Shown one piece after another: positions 26,766-40,100 of a stretch of DNA of 64,000 nucleotides. Source of the DNA: the human T2T-CHM13v2.0 reference genome, Homo sapiens. How positions within the stretch are numbered: position 1 is the stretch's first letter; every line of letters begins with the position of its first letter. A program made the position numbers and the translations under genes. The DNA is taken from NCBI RefSeq assembly GCF_009914755.1, contig NC_060947.1; one strand, written 5' to 3'. Under the pieces are notes generated by a model that saw only the letters and a program-made list of their open reading frames with translations, searched no databases and was not told where the DNA came from.

Positions 26766-27215
26766 ATATATACACATATAAATTTTAGCTATATATAATG
26801 TGTGTATATATGTAAATATACATACATGACTTTTTATCAATATATATGTATCATTTAGAGAGATTGTATAGCATGTAGCAAATAACACAGCAATGTAATA
26901 GTACCTCAAGGGTCAGGATTTACAGCTCACAGGCCATGTTTCCATTCTGTGGTGCAGGGATTAAACAGACACCTCAGTTTCGACTGGGAAAGAAGTAGAA
27001 TTGGACAATGATTTGCTTTTCAGGTAAAGGAGGAAGTCTTAAGAGAACTCAAATAATTCCCAGATTGTTTCTCATATTTTTGACGAACTTAAATTGTGTT
27101 AGGGCTCTGTAAAAAAGAATAAAAAAGCTAAACTGTAGCTTAAAATTTCCACTGAAATAGCATACAGATACAGCAGAGGTTAATTTTATCATAGGATTAA
27201 ATTTTCGTTTTTCAA

Positions 27216-28068
27216 ACAACCCCATCAAAAAGTGGGCAAAGGACATGAACAGACACTTCTCAAAAGAAGACATTTATGCAGCCAAAAAACACATGAAAAA
27301 ATGCTCATCATCACTGGCCATCAGAGAAATGCAAATCAAAACCACTATGAGATATCATCTCACACCAGTTAGAATGGCAATCATTAAAAAGTCAGGAAAC
27401 AACAGGTGCTGGAGAGGATGTGGAGAAATAGGAACACTTTTACACTGTTGGTGGGACTGTAAACTAGTTCAACCATTGTGGAAGTCAGTGTGGCGATTCC
27501 TCAGGGATCTAGAACTAGAAATACCATTTGACCCAGCCATCCCATTACTGGGTATATACCCAAAGGACTATAAATCATGCTGCTATAAAGACACATGCAC
27601 ACGTATGTTTATTGCGGCATTATTCACAATAGCAAAGATTTGGAACCAACCCAAATGTCCAACAACGATAGACTGGATTAAGAAAATGTGGCACATATAC
27701 ACCATGGAATACTATGCAGCCATAAAAAATGATGAGTTCATGTCCTTTGTAGGGACATGGATGAAATTGGAAACCATCACTCTCAGTAAACTATCGCAAG
27801 AACAAAAAACCAAACACCGCATATTCTCACTCATAGGTGGGAATTGAACAATGAGATCACATGGACACAGGAAGGGGAATATCACACTCTGGGGACTGTG
27901 GTGGGGTGGGGGGAGGGGGGAGGGATAGCATTGGGAGATATACCTAATGCTAGATGACGAGTTAGAGGGTGCAGCGCACCAGCATGGCACATGTATACAT
28001 ATGTAACTAACCTGCACAATGTGCACATGTACCCTAAAACTTAAAGTATAATAAAATAAATAAATAAA
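27216..28068 (+). mobile_element. Young 5'-truncated L1 (L1PA2-like)
   Basis: Open ORF2 C-terminus 27245..27847, 3'UTR, (TAAA)n tail; TSD TAAATTTTCGTTTT(T)CAA at 27198-27215 and 28069-28085. Confidence 0.95.
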
Positions 28069-28287
28069 TAAATTTTCGTTTTCAATAGGATAATTAATTT
28101 AGATAACCACATTTTTCCACATTCTTTTTGAATTTATATTTTAGAAAACTGTCAAACACATGTAACTGGACAGCTTCTCTAACAGTTGAATTGTTAATTT
28201 AGATTCTAAGATTTAATGTGTAGTTGTTTAATTATCATTTATTACTGTAGTTTACAATAATCTATTGTGTATTTCTTTTATATTTTC

Positions 28288-28763
28288 CAGATACAGGGTC
28301 TTGCTCTGTAGCTCAGGCTGGAGTGCAATGGTACAATCATGGCTCACTGTATCCTCAACCTCCCAGGTTTAAGCGATCCTCCTACGTCAGCATCCTGAGT
28401 ATCTGCGACCACAGGTACTCCGTGTCTGGCTAATTAAAGAAAAAATGTTTTGTAGAGTTGGGGGTTCACCTATGTTTCCTGGGCTGGTCTCAAATTCCTG
28501 GGCTCAGGTTATTCACTCACCTCAGCCTCCCAAAGCTCTGGGAGTACTTACAATTGTGAGCCACTGTACCTGGCCTTGTGTATCTCAAAATACCTGGAAG
28601 AGGCTGAGGTGGGTTGGTCACGCCTGTACTCCCAGCTACTTGAGAAGCAGAGGTGGGAGGATCACTTGAGCCCAGGAGTTTGAGTCTAGAGTGAGCTATG
28701 ATCATGCCACTGCACTTCAGCCTGGGTGACAGAATGAGACCCTGTCTCAAAAAAAAAAAAAAA
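28288..28763. mobile_element. AluJ (minus, ~28288-28575) head-to-head with an Alu monomer (plus, ~28603-28763)
   Basis: Diverged Alu motifs in opposite orientations; poly(A) at 28748-28763. Confidence 0.85.
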
Positions 28764-30253
28764 TTCTGTCTAAGAATGACAATAAAAAATACATAGAAGA
28801 GAATAATTCAAATGTTCTTAGCATAAAGAAAACTATTTAAAATAATGGATATCCCAATTACACTGATTTGATCTTTACAAGTTATATGAGTTTATTAAAT
28901 TACCACAGGTACTCCAAAAATATATACCTCTATGATGTATCAATAAAAATAAAATTAAAAAACAAATAACACTTATTACAACATTCTAGATGTCATGAAG
29001 TCTGAGATCCTCAAACTTCTTTCTGGTGTCTTTAGGAAAGCTTTTCTGGTGCACTGTTTTTCAGATGTGCCTATTGCTAGCATTCTGCACCTCTGTTCAG
29101 TTGATGGATGTGATGAAGACAACACATGTATGCCACTCTTCTGGGCCAACACCCAGGTAGATGGCGTTTATGATGTTGGCTTTAGCAGCCAATACCTGTA
29201 AACATTTAATTCATGAACAGAAGTTTACCATTCATACCTCCTTCTCCAATAATATGTCCTTCCCATTGTCTTGCTTCTTAAACACCTCAGCTCCCAGATA
29301 CAATTGATTTAATGGCTTAGTTCTCTTTATAGTACCCAGGCTTTAGGATATCCCTGCTTACATCTGTAATTACCATTCCCTCAAACACATTAACTCTCCC
29401 AAAAGATTCTAGCTCTTCAGGTTTCCTCTTTATACCCTCAAAATATATTTCAGAATATTCTGCCTCCTAAATGATCTTCCACTGGAAGTCTTCTCCAGCC
29501 ATTTCCTTCTCAGATTTCCTCTTCTAAAACTTCCACCTCCCTGATCAGACTTAATGATTCTTCACTTGGCCCTTCCTTCTACCCAAATAGGCATCACTGA
29601 GACATAGACGTCTAAACAGGTAACTCTCCTCAGAAGATACCCAAATATCTGCCATCCATAAAATACACTTGAAAATGATATACATGTTTATTCTCCTATT
29701 TCCTTTAACAATTATAGAAAATCTCAAATTTGCAGACCAACGTTTTTCCCCAAATAGTTACTCTATATTTCTTATTACATTTATAGTATTTGCTAATTTA
29801 AACTTTTGTTGTTTGGGGGAAAGGAATTTTCACTAGAATTTTAACTAGTCATTGTTTATTGCAAAAGTGTTAATTTTATACATATATTTTATATTAAGTA
29901 AGCTTTGTTTCAATATCTTATTTCTTCAATCATCATACTACTGAATATATTTTTAATGGGCTGGTTGTCATCGTTCTATTCTTTAGCCACAAAATAACAG
30001 GTCAGACTAGTTATTTTGCAAGTGTGTTTTGGTGGTCATAAAGGGAACTGAACAAGAATATAGAGAGCAGTAGCATTGCCACCACTAAGAAAAAAACTCA
30101 AATGCATAATATACTGGCAGAGTACCAATAAATTTATTTTTGTAATTGAAGGAAAGCATTATTTGTTTAGTTAAAAATAAGACATGCCCTCACATTTTAA
30201 CATAGCTGTAACCCCTATTAAATTACCAACACATTGCCGACAAGACTGCTTAC

Positions 30254-30386
30254 CCATCGTCTCCATCTTCTGGGTTCATAGATGAAACTAAGTTTTTGGA
30301 TTCATCTTTCAAATAGGTAAGACACTGTCAAGGAGACTTTCATTTTTGTCTTCAACAAGTGCATGATCATTTTTAAATATTTCCAT
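30254..30386 (-). pseudogene. HSF3: HSF3 exon 8
   Basis: ctcctatttag|ATG; MEIFKNDHALVEDKNESLLDSVLPI / -1 frameshift / KDESKNLVSSMNPEDGDDG|gtaagc. Confidence 0.85.
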
Positions 30387-30570
30387 CTAAATAGGAGTGT
30401 TAGAGGAAATGATACTTGATTATGTACCTGTTCATACATCTGGTCTTTCTCAGATCATATTTGATGTGATTCCTATTGAGAATATTTAACAATGGTATGA
30501 GAAATAATAGCAACAAGCATGGTAAATTTTTTTTTTACCCATCCTCCACCATATTATCTCAGAATGTTAC

Positions 30571-30648
30571 AGCATCTCCTCCGCTGGAATATGGAAATAT
30601 TGATGAGCACATTTGAAAGCTGAAGCCCCAGATGTGACTGGTAATGAC
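30571..30648 (-). pseudogene. HSF3: HSF3 exon 7
   Basis: ctcattgcag|G; (R)SLPVTSGASAFKCAHQYFHIPAE. Likely donor GCT|gtaaca; an alternative donor would end the exon at 30539. The frame is disrupted either way. Confidence 0.8.
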
Positions 30649-30914
30649 CTGCAATGAGACACACATTTTATTGTCATTAGCTACCTGAGTGTTGCAATGG
30701 CCAAAAAACTTTGTTGTAAAAAACAAAACCAAATTTAATTATCCTTTGTCAGAAAGGTTTTCACTAAACATAAATATTTTAGGAGCTCAACATCAAAGTG
30801 GAAAAAGAAAAAGACCCAGTGCATTTAAATGGGAGGTTTAGAAGAATTAGTGACAAGTTGGAATTGTCCCTATGTTTTAGCTTCTGAGTATCTACATTAA
30901 GACATTCTAAAAGC

Positions 30915-32185
30915 TTGGTGTTTCAAGTATACACTGGGTCAGATAAAACTGAAGAGCAAATGGGAAAACCAACCTCTTGGGAATAATGCCTGATTCCAGG
31001 GCTGGGCAGGCAAAGTACAAATTGAGCCTGAAACATCCTATTATGACAAAAGTAAATGCTCAAAATAATGAGGATATATCTATCAATGGGTACAGTCTAG
31101 TAATGAATTATAACCCTTTGAGTTAAATAAGAATCAATGATTCCATGCTGATATAAATAAATAAACAGGGAAGAAAGAAAAGCTCTTCCTTGTAATAGAA
31201 CGCAAAATAAAAACACAGAAGAATGATGTAACTAGAAAATTACTGTTGTACAACCATCACAGTAATACATGATTCAGTTAAGAGTCCTCAATACATACTA
31301 AAATTAATGGGTAAAATTTTGAGTAATTTATATGGACTCAAAAGTATCTCCCTACTATTATTAATTACAAAGAAAAAATAGTAAGAGTGGATAAACTTGG
31401 AATATATCTTATTCCATAAGTATATCTTATGAATACATCACCTTAAACAAATGATCAAAGTTAACATCACCAGTAATAAGACAAACTGACATCGGGTGCC
31501 TCTGATATTATGCAGCAAGAACACAGCATCATGTCTTTATATTACTGTCAAAAACATACAGTCTGATTCTACCCATGACACCACACTAAACTCAAAGTGA
31601 GGAACACTCTACAAAACATACTGGCCTGTACTCCTCAAAAATATTGCAGTCATGGAAGACAAACACAGGCTGAGGAACTCTTCCATATTAAAAGAGAATT
31701 AAGAGACATAACAACAAAATGTTGTGTATGATCCTGACTTGAACCCTAGATTGAGAACAGGGGAGAGGGTGTGGTTGTGGCTATAATATTAGTGAGACAA
31801 TTGCTGAAATTGCTGAAATTTGAATGTGGATTAGGAATTAGAAAATAGGGATTAGAAATAGGAATTAAGACATAGTATTAAGTCAATGCTAAGTTTCCTG
31901 ATTTTGATATTGTGCAGTGGTTATGTAAGAATATGTCATTGTTATTAGAAAACACGCGTTAACCTATTTAGGGGTAAACAGGCACCATGTCTACAACTCA
32001 CTCTCAAAAAGTTCATAAAGAAGTGTTTGTATGTGTCAGCGGAGGATGGAGAGAGAGAGAAAAAAATGATAAATAAAATGTTAAAATTGGAGAATTTAGG
32101 TAAAGGCTATATGGGAGTCCTTTGTAGAATTCTCATAAATGTTCTATTTCAATTATATCAAAATTAAAAGTTAACAAAAAAATCA
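30915..32185 (+). mobile_element. Old L1M (L1MC/MD-like) 3' region
   Basis: gcctgattccagggctgggcagg...gatcaaagttaacatcaccagtaat...ggtaaaggctatatgggagtcctttgta, typical L1MC/MD 3'UTR motifs. Confidence 0.7.
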
Positions 32186-32229
32186 AAAGTGGGAAGGAGG
32201 GCCGACTCAAATGCGAGGCAAAGCTCTGT

Positions 32230-32470
32230 AGTCAATGACTTTACTACCTGGGTTTGAATTTTGAGTCTATCATATATTAACTATGTGACCTTGTACAAAA
32301 CAGTTAAACTTGCCGTAACACAACTCCCTCATTTGTGAAATGAGAATAATATTAGAGCCTATCTAATAGAAATACTTTCTGAAAATTAAATAAGATCATC
32401 CATGTAAGGCACTTAGTACAGTATCCAGCACATTGTAAGTACTCAATAAACATCAGCCATTAATTATTAT
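32230..32470 (+). mobile_element. MIR
   Basis: cctgggtttgaatt...tgtgaccttg...ctcatttgtgaaatgagaataat...gtactcaataaa. Confidence 0.7.
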
Positions 32471-32595
32471 CTATTGGTTCTAAGTTGTTTAATCAAGTCT
32501 GAGGAGTCAAGCCAATAACTTAAGAGTTCCTGTCTGAGGTATACCTAGATAGCATCCTGCAAGAAAATTGTTTATGATTAGATATTCTGTCTTCT

Positions 32596-32829
32596 TCACT
32601 CATAGGTGGGAATTGAACAATGAGAACACATGGACACAGGAAGGGGAACATCACACACCGGGGCCTGTTGTGGGGTGGGGGGAGCGGGGAGGGATAGCAT
32701 TAGGAGATATACCTAATGTTAAATAACGAGTTATTGGGTGAAGCACACCAACATGGCACATGTATACATATGTAACTAACCTGCACATTGTGCACATGTA
32801 CCCTAAAACTTAAAGTATAATAAAAAAAA
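32596..32829 (+). mobile_element. Short L1PA (L1PA4/5-like) 3' end
   Basis: L1 3'UTR plus poly(A); perfect 16-bp TSD AGATATTCTGTCTTCT at 32580-32595 and 32830-32845. Confidence 0.93.
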
Positions 32830-33467
32830 AGATATTCTGTCTTCTAAGGACTTAAAACAAAAACCCTACAATCTTAAGTTGCAAGAGGCCAGTAAAGATG
32901 GAACTGGGAGCTCCTAATTATAACAGAAATCATACGTGAAATGGTTTTGTTCCCTCTGGCCAGTCTAATCTTTTGCATAAAGAACCTCTATGGAAGATCC
33001 ATGGCGCTTTAGCAAGGTGGAGCTGAGAGATTTCTTCCAATTTATTCTAGGAGAATCCCAGGGGAGGTGTAAGTTCTATTAGGCTACTTAGAGCCTTAGA
33101 ATAACTGGTATTTTTCCTATATTAGTTCTCAATGACATCGCTGGAACCACCTTAAGGATACAGACAGAAGTAACCTGCAACCAACAGCCAGCAACTAGGG
33201 TGCACCTATCATGATCGTGCCACAGCAAGTTAGCCTGTTATCATTTTAAAAGTATAAAAACAAAAGAAAACACAATATATACTGAACTGATGATATGTTC
33301 GGCTTTCCTTGGCAGCTATCTTTTTTATTCTGACACACAATTTATACATGCTGTCTAACTGCTCTGACCTAAAAGATAAGAATAAACTTGGAAAGAGAAC
33401 AATTATGGGACATGAGCATAGATGGGGCATCTATATGCCAGAAAATACGCGGAATCAATAAATACAT

Positions 33468-33529
33468 CTTTTTCTATTCATGTCTACTACATAATTTCCA
33501 CTTGTCAAACTCAATACAAACTGGAGAAT
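33468..33529 (-). pseudogene. HSF3: HSF3 exon 6 (HR-B and NLS)
   Basis: gatttgttag|ATT; 62-nt exon ILQFVLSLTSGNYVVDMNRKR; donor reads AT instead of GT. Confidence 0.9.
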
Positions 33530-33772
33530 CTAACAAATCATAGAGAACACTTTAATAAGGACATCATGCTCAGTATTTAAGGAAACCAATAAAGAGGAAT
33601 GTTATAAGAGATACAACTAAGCACAATGATAATTAATACATTTTTCTTTTGACCTTCATGGGACTATATATTATAATCATTTTATATCTAGCCAAGAATG
33701 TTATAGAATAGCTATAATTAATAATTTACAGAAAAGAAAGAATAAAAACTCTTCGAAAGACTGAACTGGCAC

Positions 33773-33847
33773 CTATGTTAATAGCTGCTGTTGCTTGCAG
33801 TACTTTTGTCTTAGGTTTGTTATTTCAAGGCTAAGGTTGCATATTCC
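33773..33847 (-). pseudogene. HSF3: HSF3 exon 5 (HR-A/B)
   Basis: EYATL / -1 frameshift / LEITNLRQKYCKQQQLLT*. 75 nt (76 expected); acceptor ctg instead of cag; terminal TAG at 33773-33775; donor gtgcca. Confidence 0.88.
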
Positions 33848-35339
33848 CAGCAACATTTACATATTGTCAAAATGAAGCAAGACAGAAAGATGTCTGTAGA
33901 ATTTTGAAGACACATCTAATAATATATTGACCTCTATGAGTTAACATTTTTAATTTTCTTCATAAGAATTATCCCATTACTCTGATTATTCCAAACTTAA
34001 AATTTAACTCCTTTTAATCTTTCCATCAGTGAATAGTCCATACAGGTATCACGGTAACATTTTGGAAATACAGACTAATAGTCTTCTAAACTTTAGAGTA
34101 TAAGAATCTTTGCAAACCAAGATAATACAAATGCAGATTCCTTACTAACAATCAAAGGGGTAGAAAAATACTTCATAGAAGGCTGACAGAACAACTAAGT
34201 CTCTAGGCCAGTGGGTGTATATCAAACTAACATATCTATACTTCCTTTGAAGGACATGGAAAGAGACATCTTGTATCAGATTAATAAACTACAAACTTCA
34301 TATATAGAATTAACTTTAAGTGTGATCTAATATAATCCAAATTCCACAGTGGGAAAGTATCACCAATATTTGGCTAGAAGGAAACTCTGAAGGCCATCTA
34401 GTTTGCTATTAACAAAGTTTTTGGTCTGATTTACCTATAAAACCAACCAGAACCCACTGGAGCATCATTAACCACATGATATCTATGTATGTAATGGTTA
34501 ACATTCAACAACAGACTGATGTCCAGAATTAACATGAAGGGTTGGCTCATGGTCAATGTCAATGAAAATCTTGGCTTATATTCAATGTTGATGAAAATTC
34601 AAGAAAAATACTTCTTTCTACTTCACCCTCTCTCTCTTTTATTCCTTGTGGATGTGAAAAGTTTAATTTGTTAAGTCAATTACAAAAGAGAACTCATAAA
34701 ATTAAAAATACATTTGTACTTCATTGAAAGATTGGCAGGCGAGCCCAAGTTTAATTTGAATATTAATGAACATTTGTTAGAACAAATGCATGCTTATCTC
34801 CTCTAAGGTAAATTATAGGTTATAACCTTTTCTCACAGGAATTATTGTGAAATGGTTTAACCATTTAAATTTTGCCTTTGTGACGCTGTGGAGAGAAAAG
34901 AATGCTTATGCACTATTTGTGGGAATGTAAATTAGCTTAGCCACTGTGGAAAGCAGTTTGGCGATTTCTCAAAGAAGTTACATTTTTTTTTTTAATTTCC
35001 ATAGGTTATTGAGGAACAGATGGTGTTTGGTTACATAAGTAAGATCTTTCGTGGTGATTTGTGAGATTCTGGTGCACTCATCACACGAACAGTATATACT
35101 GTACCCTATTTGTAGTCTTTTATCCCTCACCCCCTTCCCACCCTTTCCCCCAAAGTCGTCAAAATCCATTGTGTCATTTTTATGCTTTTGCATCCTCATA
35201 GCTTAGATCCCACATATGAGTGAGAACATATGATGTTTGGTTTTCCATTCCTGAGTTACTTCACTTAGAATAATAGTCTCCAGTCTCATCCAGGTTGCTG
35301 TAAATGCCATTAATTCATTCTTTTTTATGGCTGAGTAGT

Positions 35340-35534
35340 ATTCCATCTCATATACATATATATATATGTAGTATTCCATTATATATATAGATATATATAT
35401 ATATAGTATTCCATTATATATATATAGTAGTATTCCATTATATATATAGTATTAGTATTCCATTATATATATAGTATTCCATTACATATAAATCACAGTA
35501 TTCCATGTATATATATATATATACATGGAATACT

Positions 35535-35586
<52 letters not shown>

Positions 35587-35589
35587 AGT
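35340..35589. repeat. AT-rich compound repeat with two overlapping perfect palindromes
   Basis: Tandem TAGTATTCCATT(AT)n units; palindromes 35492-35539 (48 bp) and 35532-35589 (58 bp). Confidence 0.92.
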
Positions 35590-36796
35590 TTCTTTATTCA
35601 CTCGCTGATTGATGAGCATTTGGGTTGGTTCCACGTTTTTGCAATTGCAAATTGTGCTGCTATAAACATGTATGTACAAGTATCTTTTCATATAATGACA
35701 TTTTTTCCTCTGGGAAGATACCCAGTAGTGGGATTGCTGGATTGAGTGGTAGTTCTACTTTTAGTTCTTTAAGGAATCTCCACATTATATTTCATGGTGG
35801 TTGTACTAGTTTACATTCCCACCAGCAGTGTAGAAGTGTTCCCTGTTCACCGCATTCATGCCAACATCTATTTTTTTTTTATTTTTTTATTATGGCCATT
35901 CTTGCAAGAGTAAGGTAGTATCACATTGTGGTTTTGATTTGCATTTCCCTGATTATTAGTGATTTTGAACATTTTTTCATATGTTTGTTGGCTATTTGTA
36001 TATCTTCTTTTGAGAATTTTCTATTTATGTCCTTAACCCATTTTTGATGGTATTATTTGTTTGTTTTTTCTTGCTGATTTGTTTGAGTTCATTGTAGATT
36101 CTGGATATTAGTACTTTGTCAGATGTATAGATTGTGAAGACTCCCACTCTGTGGGTTGTCTGTGTACTCTGCTGACTGCTCCTTTTGCCACACAAAAGCA
36201 CTTTAGTTTAATAAAGTCCTAGTTATTTATCTTTGTTTTTATTGCATTTGCTTTTGGGTTCTTGGTCATAAAATCCTTGCCTAAGCCAATGTTTATAAGG
36301 TTTTTTCCAATGTTATCTTCTAGAATTTTTATAGTTTCAGGTCTTAGATTTAAGTCCTAAATCCATCTTGAGTTGAAAGAGTATAAAGTTAGAGAAGAGG
36401 ACTCAGTTTCATTATCTTACATGTGGCTAGCCAATTATCCCAGCACCATTTGTTGAAAAGGGTGTCCTTTCCCCACTTTATATTTTTGTTTGCTTTGTCA
36501 AAGACCAGCTGGCTGTATTTGGGTTTATTTCTGAGTTCTCTGTTCTGTTTTGTTGGGCTATGTGCCTATTTTTATGCCAGTACCATACTGTTTTGGTGTC
36601 TATAGCCCTATAGTATAGTTTAAAATCAGGTAATGTAATGCCTTCAGATTTGTTCTTTTTGCTTAGTCTTGCTTTGGCTCTATTTTGTTTCCATATGAAT
36701 TTTAGAATTGTTTGAAGAATGATGGTGGTATATTGAGGGGAATTGCATTGAATTTGTAGACTGCTTTTGGCAGCGTGGTCATTTTCATGATATTGA

Positions 36797-37154
<358 letters not shown>

Positions 37155-40100
37155 TGTTTGTGATTTCTTTCAGCAGTGTTTTGTAGTTTTCCTTGCAGAG
37201 AACTTTCAACTCCTTAGTTGGGTATATTCCTAAGTATTTTATTTGTTTTACAGCTATTGTAAAAGGGGTTGAGTTCTTGATGTGATTCTCTGCTTGGTCA
37301 CTGTTGGTGTATAGAAGAGCTACTGATTTGTGTACATTAATTTTGTATTGGGAAACTGCTGAATTCTTTGATCAGTTCTAGGAGCTTTCTGGAGAATTCT
37401 TTAGGGTTTTCTAGGTAATCAATCATATCTTCAGCAAACAGGAACAGTTTGACTTCCTCTTTACTGATTTGGATGCCATTTTTTTCTTTCTTTTGTCTGA
37501 TTGCTGTGGCTAGGACTTCCAGTACTATGTTGAAGAGGAGTGGTGAGAGTGGGCATCCTTGTCTTGTTCCAGTTCTCAGAGGAAATGCTTTCAATCTTTC
37601 CCCATCATTATCATCTTTTCTGTGGGTTTGTCATAGATGGCTTTTATTACATTGAAGTATATCCCTTGTATGTCGATTTTGCTGAGAGTTTTAATCATAA
37701 AGCAATGCTGGATTTTGTCAAATGCTTTCTCTGCAACTATTAAAATGATCATGTAATTTTAAAAACATTCTGTTTCTGTGGTGTATCACATTTATTGACT
37801 TACTCAAGTTAAACCATCCCTGCTTCCCTGGTATGAAACCCACTTGATCGTGGTGGATTATACATTTGATATGTTGTTAGATACGGTTAGCTAGAATTTT
37901 GTTAAAAATTTTAGCATCTATATTCATCAGGGATGTTGGTTTATAGTTTTCTTTTTTGGTTATGTCCTTTCCTAGTTTTGGCATTAGGTTGATACTGACT
38001 TCATAGAATGATACGGAGGGTTCCCTCTTTCTCTATCTTGTGGAATAGTGTCAATAGGATTGGTACCAATTATTCTTTGAATGTTTGGTAGAATTCTGGT
38101 GTGCATACTTCTGGTCCTAGACATTTTTTGTTGTTGGTAATTTTTAAATTACCATTTCAAACCTTGGTCTCTTCAAGGTTTCTAATTCTTCCTGATTTAA
38201 GCTAGGAGGGTTGTATCTTTCCAAGAATTTATCCATCTCTTCTAGGTTTTCTAGTTTATGTGCATAAAGGTGTTCATAGCAGCCTTGAATGATCTTTTGT
38301 ATTTCTATGGTGTCAGTTGTAATATCTCCCATTTCATTTCGTATTAAGGTTACTTGGATTTTCTCTCTTCTTTTCTTTGTTAATTTTGCTTATGATCTAT
38401 CAGTTTTATTTATCTTTTCAAAGAACCAGCTTTTTCTTTTATTTATCTTTTGTATTGTTTTATTTTGTTTCAATTTCATTTAGTTCTATTCTGATCTTAA
38501 TTATTTCCTTTCTTCTGCTGGGTTTGGGTTTGGTTTGTTCTTGTTTCTCTAGTCCTTGAGGTGTGACCTTAGATTGTCTGTTTGTGCTCTTTCAGACTTT
38601 TTGATATAGGTGTTTAGGGCTATGACCTTTCCTCTTAGCACTGCCTTTGCTTTATCTCAGAGGTTTTGATAGGTTGTGTCACTATTGTTAAGTTTGGAGA
38701 ATTTTTTAATTTTTATTTTGATTTCATTTTTGACCCAATAATCATTCAGTAGCAGGTTATTTAATTTTTATGTATTTGCATGGTTTTGAAGGTTCCTTTT
38801 GGAGTTGATTTCCAATTTTATTCCACTGTGGTCCAAGAGATTGCTTGATATAATTTCAATTTTTAAAAATTTATTGAGGCTCATTTTGTGGCCTATCATG
38901 TGGTCTATCTTGGAGAAAGTTCCATGCACTGTTGAATAGAATATATATTCTGTGGTTATTGGATGGAATGTTCTGTATATATCTGTATTTGTTCCAAGGT
39001 ATAGTTTAAATCCACTGTTTCTTTGTTGCCTTTCTGTCTTGATAACCTGTCTATTGCTGCCAGTGGATTTTTGAAGTCTTCCACTATTAGTGTGTTGCTG
39101 TTTATCTCATTTCTTAGGTCTATTAGTAATTATTTCATAAATTTGGGAGCTCCAGTGTCAGTTGCATATATGTTTAGGATTGTGATATTTTTCTGTTGGA
39201 CAAGGCCTTTTATCATTATATAATGTCCCTCTTTGTCTTTTTTAACTGCTGTTGCTTTAAAGTTTGTTTTGTCTGATGTAAGAATAGCTACCCCTGCTCA
39301 CTTTTGGTGTCCATTTGCATGAAATGTATTTTTCCACTAGTTTACCATAAGTTTATATGGGTCCTTATGTGTTAGGTGAGTATCTGGAAGGCAGCAGATG
39401 GTTGCTAAATTCTTATCCATTCTGCAATTCTATACCTTTTAAGTGAAGTAGTTAGGCCATTTACAGTCAATGTTAGTATTGAGATGTGAGGTCCCATTCT
39501 GTTAGTCATGCTATTTGTTGCCTGTATACCTTGGTTTTTTGTTTTTGTTTTTTAACTTGTATTTTTGTTTTATAGGTCCTGTGTGACTTATGCTTTAAAG
39601 AGATTCTGTTTAGATGTGTTTCAAGAATTGGTTTCAAGATTTAGAGCTCCTTTTAGCAGTTCTTGTAGTGGTGGCTTGGTAGGGGCGAATTCTCTCAGCA
39701 TTTGTTTGTCTGAAAAAGACAAACAAATTCATCATATATGAAGCTTAGTTTCGTTGGATACAAAATTTTTGGCTGATAATTGTTTTGTTTGAGGAGGCTG
39801 AAAATAGGGCCCCAATCCCTTCTAGCTCATAGTGTTTCTGTTGAGAAATCTACTGTTTATCTGGTAGTTTTTTTTTTTTGTTACCTCGTATTTTTGTCTC
39901 ACAGCTCTTAAGATTATTTCCTTCATCTTAACTTTAGATAACCTGATGACAATATGCCTGGGTGATGAACTTTCTGCTATGTATTTTCCAGGTGTTCTTT
40001 GTCCTTCTTGTTTTTGGATGTCTATGTCTCTAACAAGGCCAAGGGAGTTTTCCTTGATTATTCCCCCAAATATGTTTTCCAAACTTTTAGATTTCTCTTA

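Noticed and set aside
33285-33368. Good acceptor and open frame RSEQLDSMYKL after exon 6
   Set aside because: No HSF similarity; the true exon 7 is at 30648. A cryptic exon cannot be supported without RNA data.
35340-35480. Repeat-spacer-like TAGTATTCCATT units, superficially CRISPR-like
   Set aside because: Spacers are only (AT)n, the unit is L1 sequence amplified by slippage, and the DNA is primate with no cas genes.
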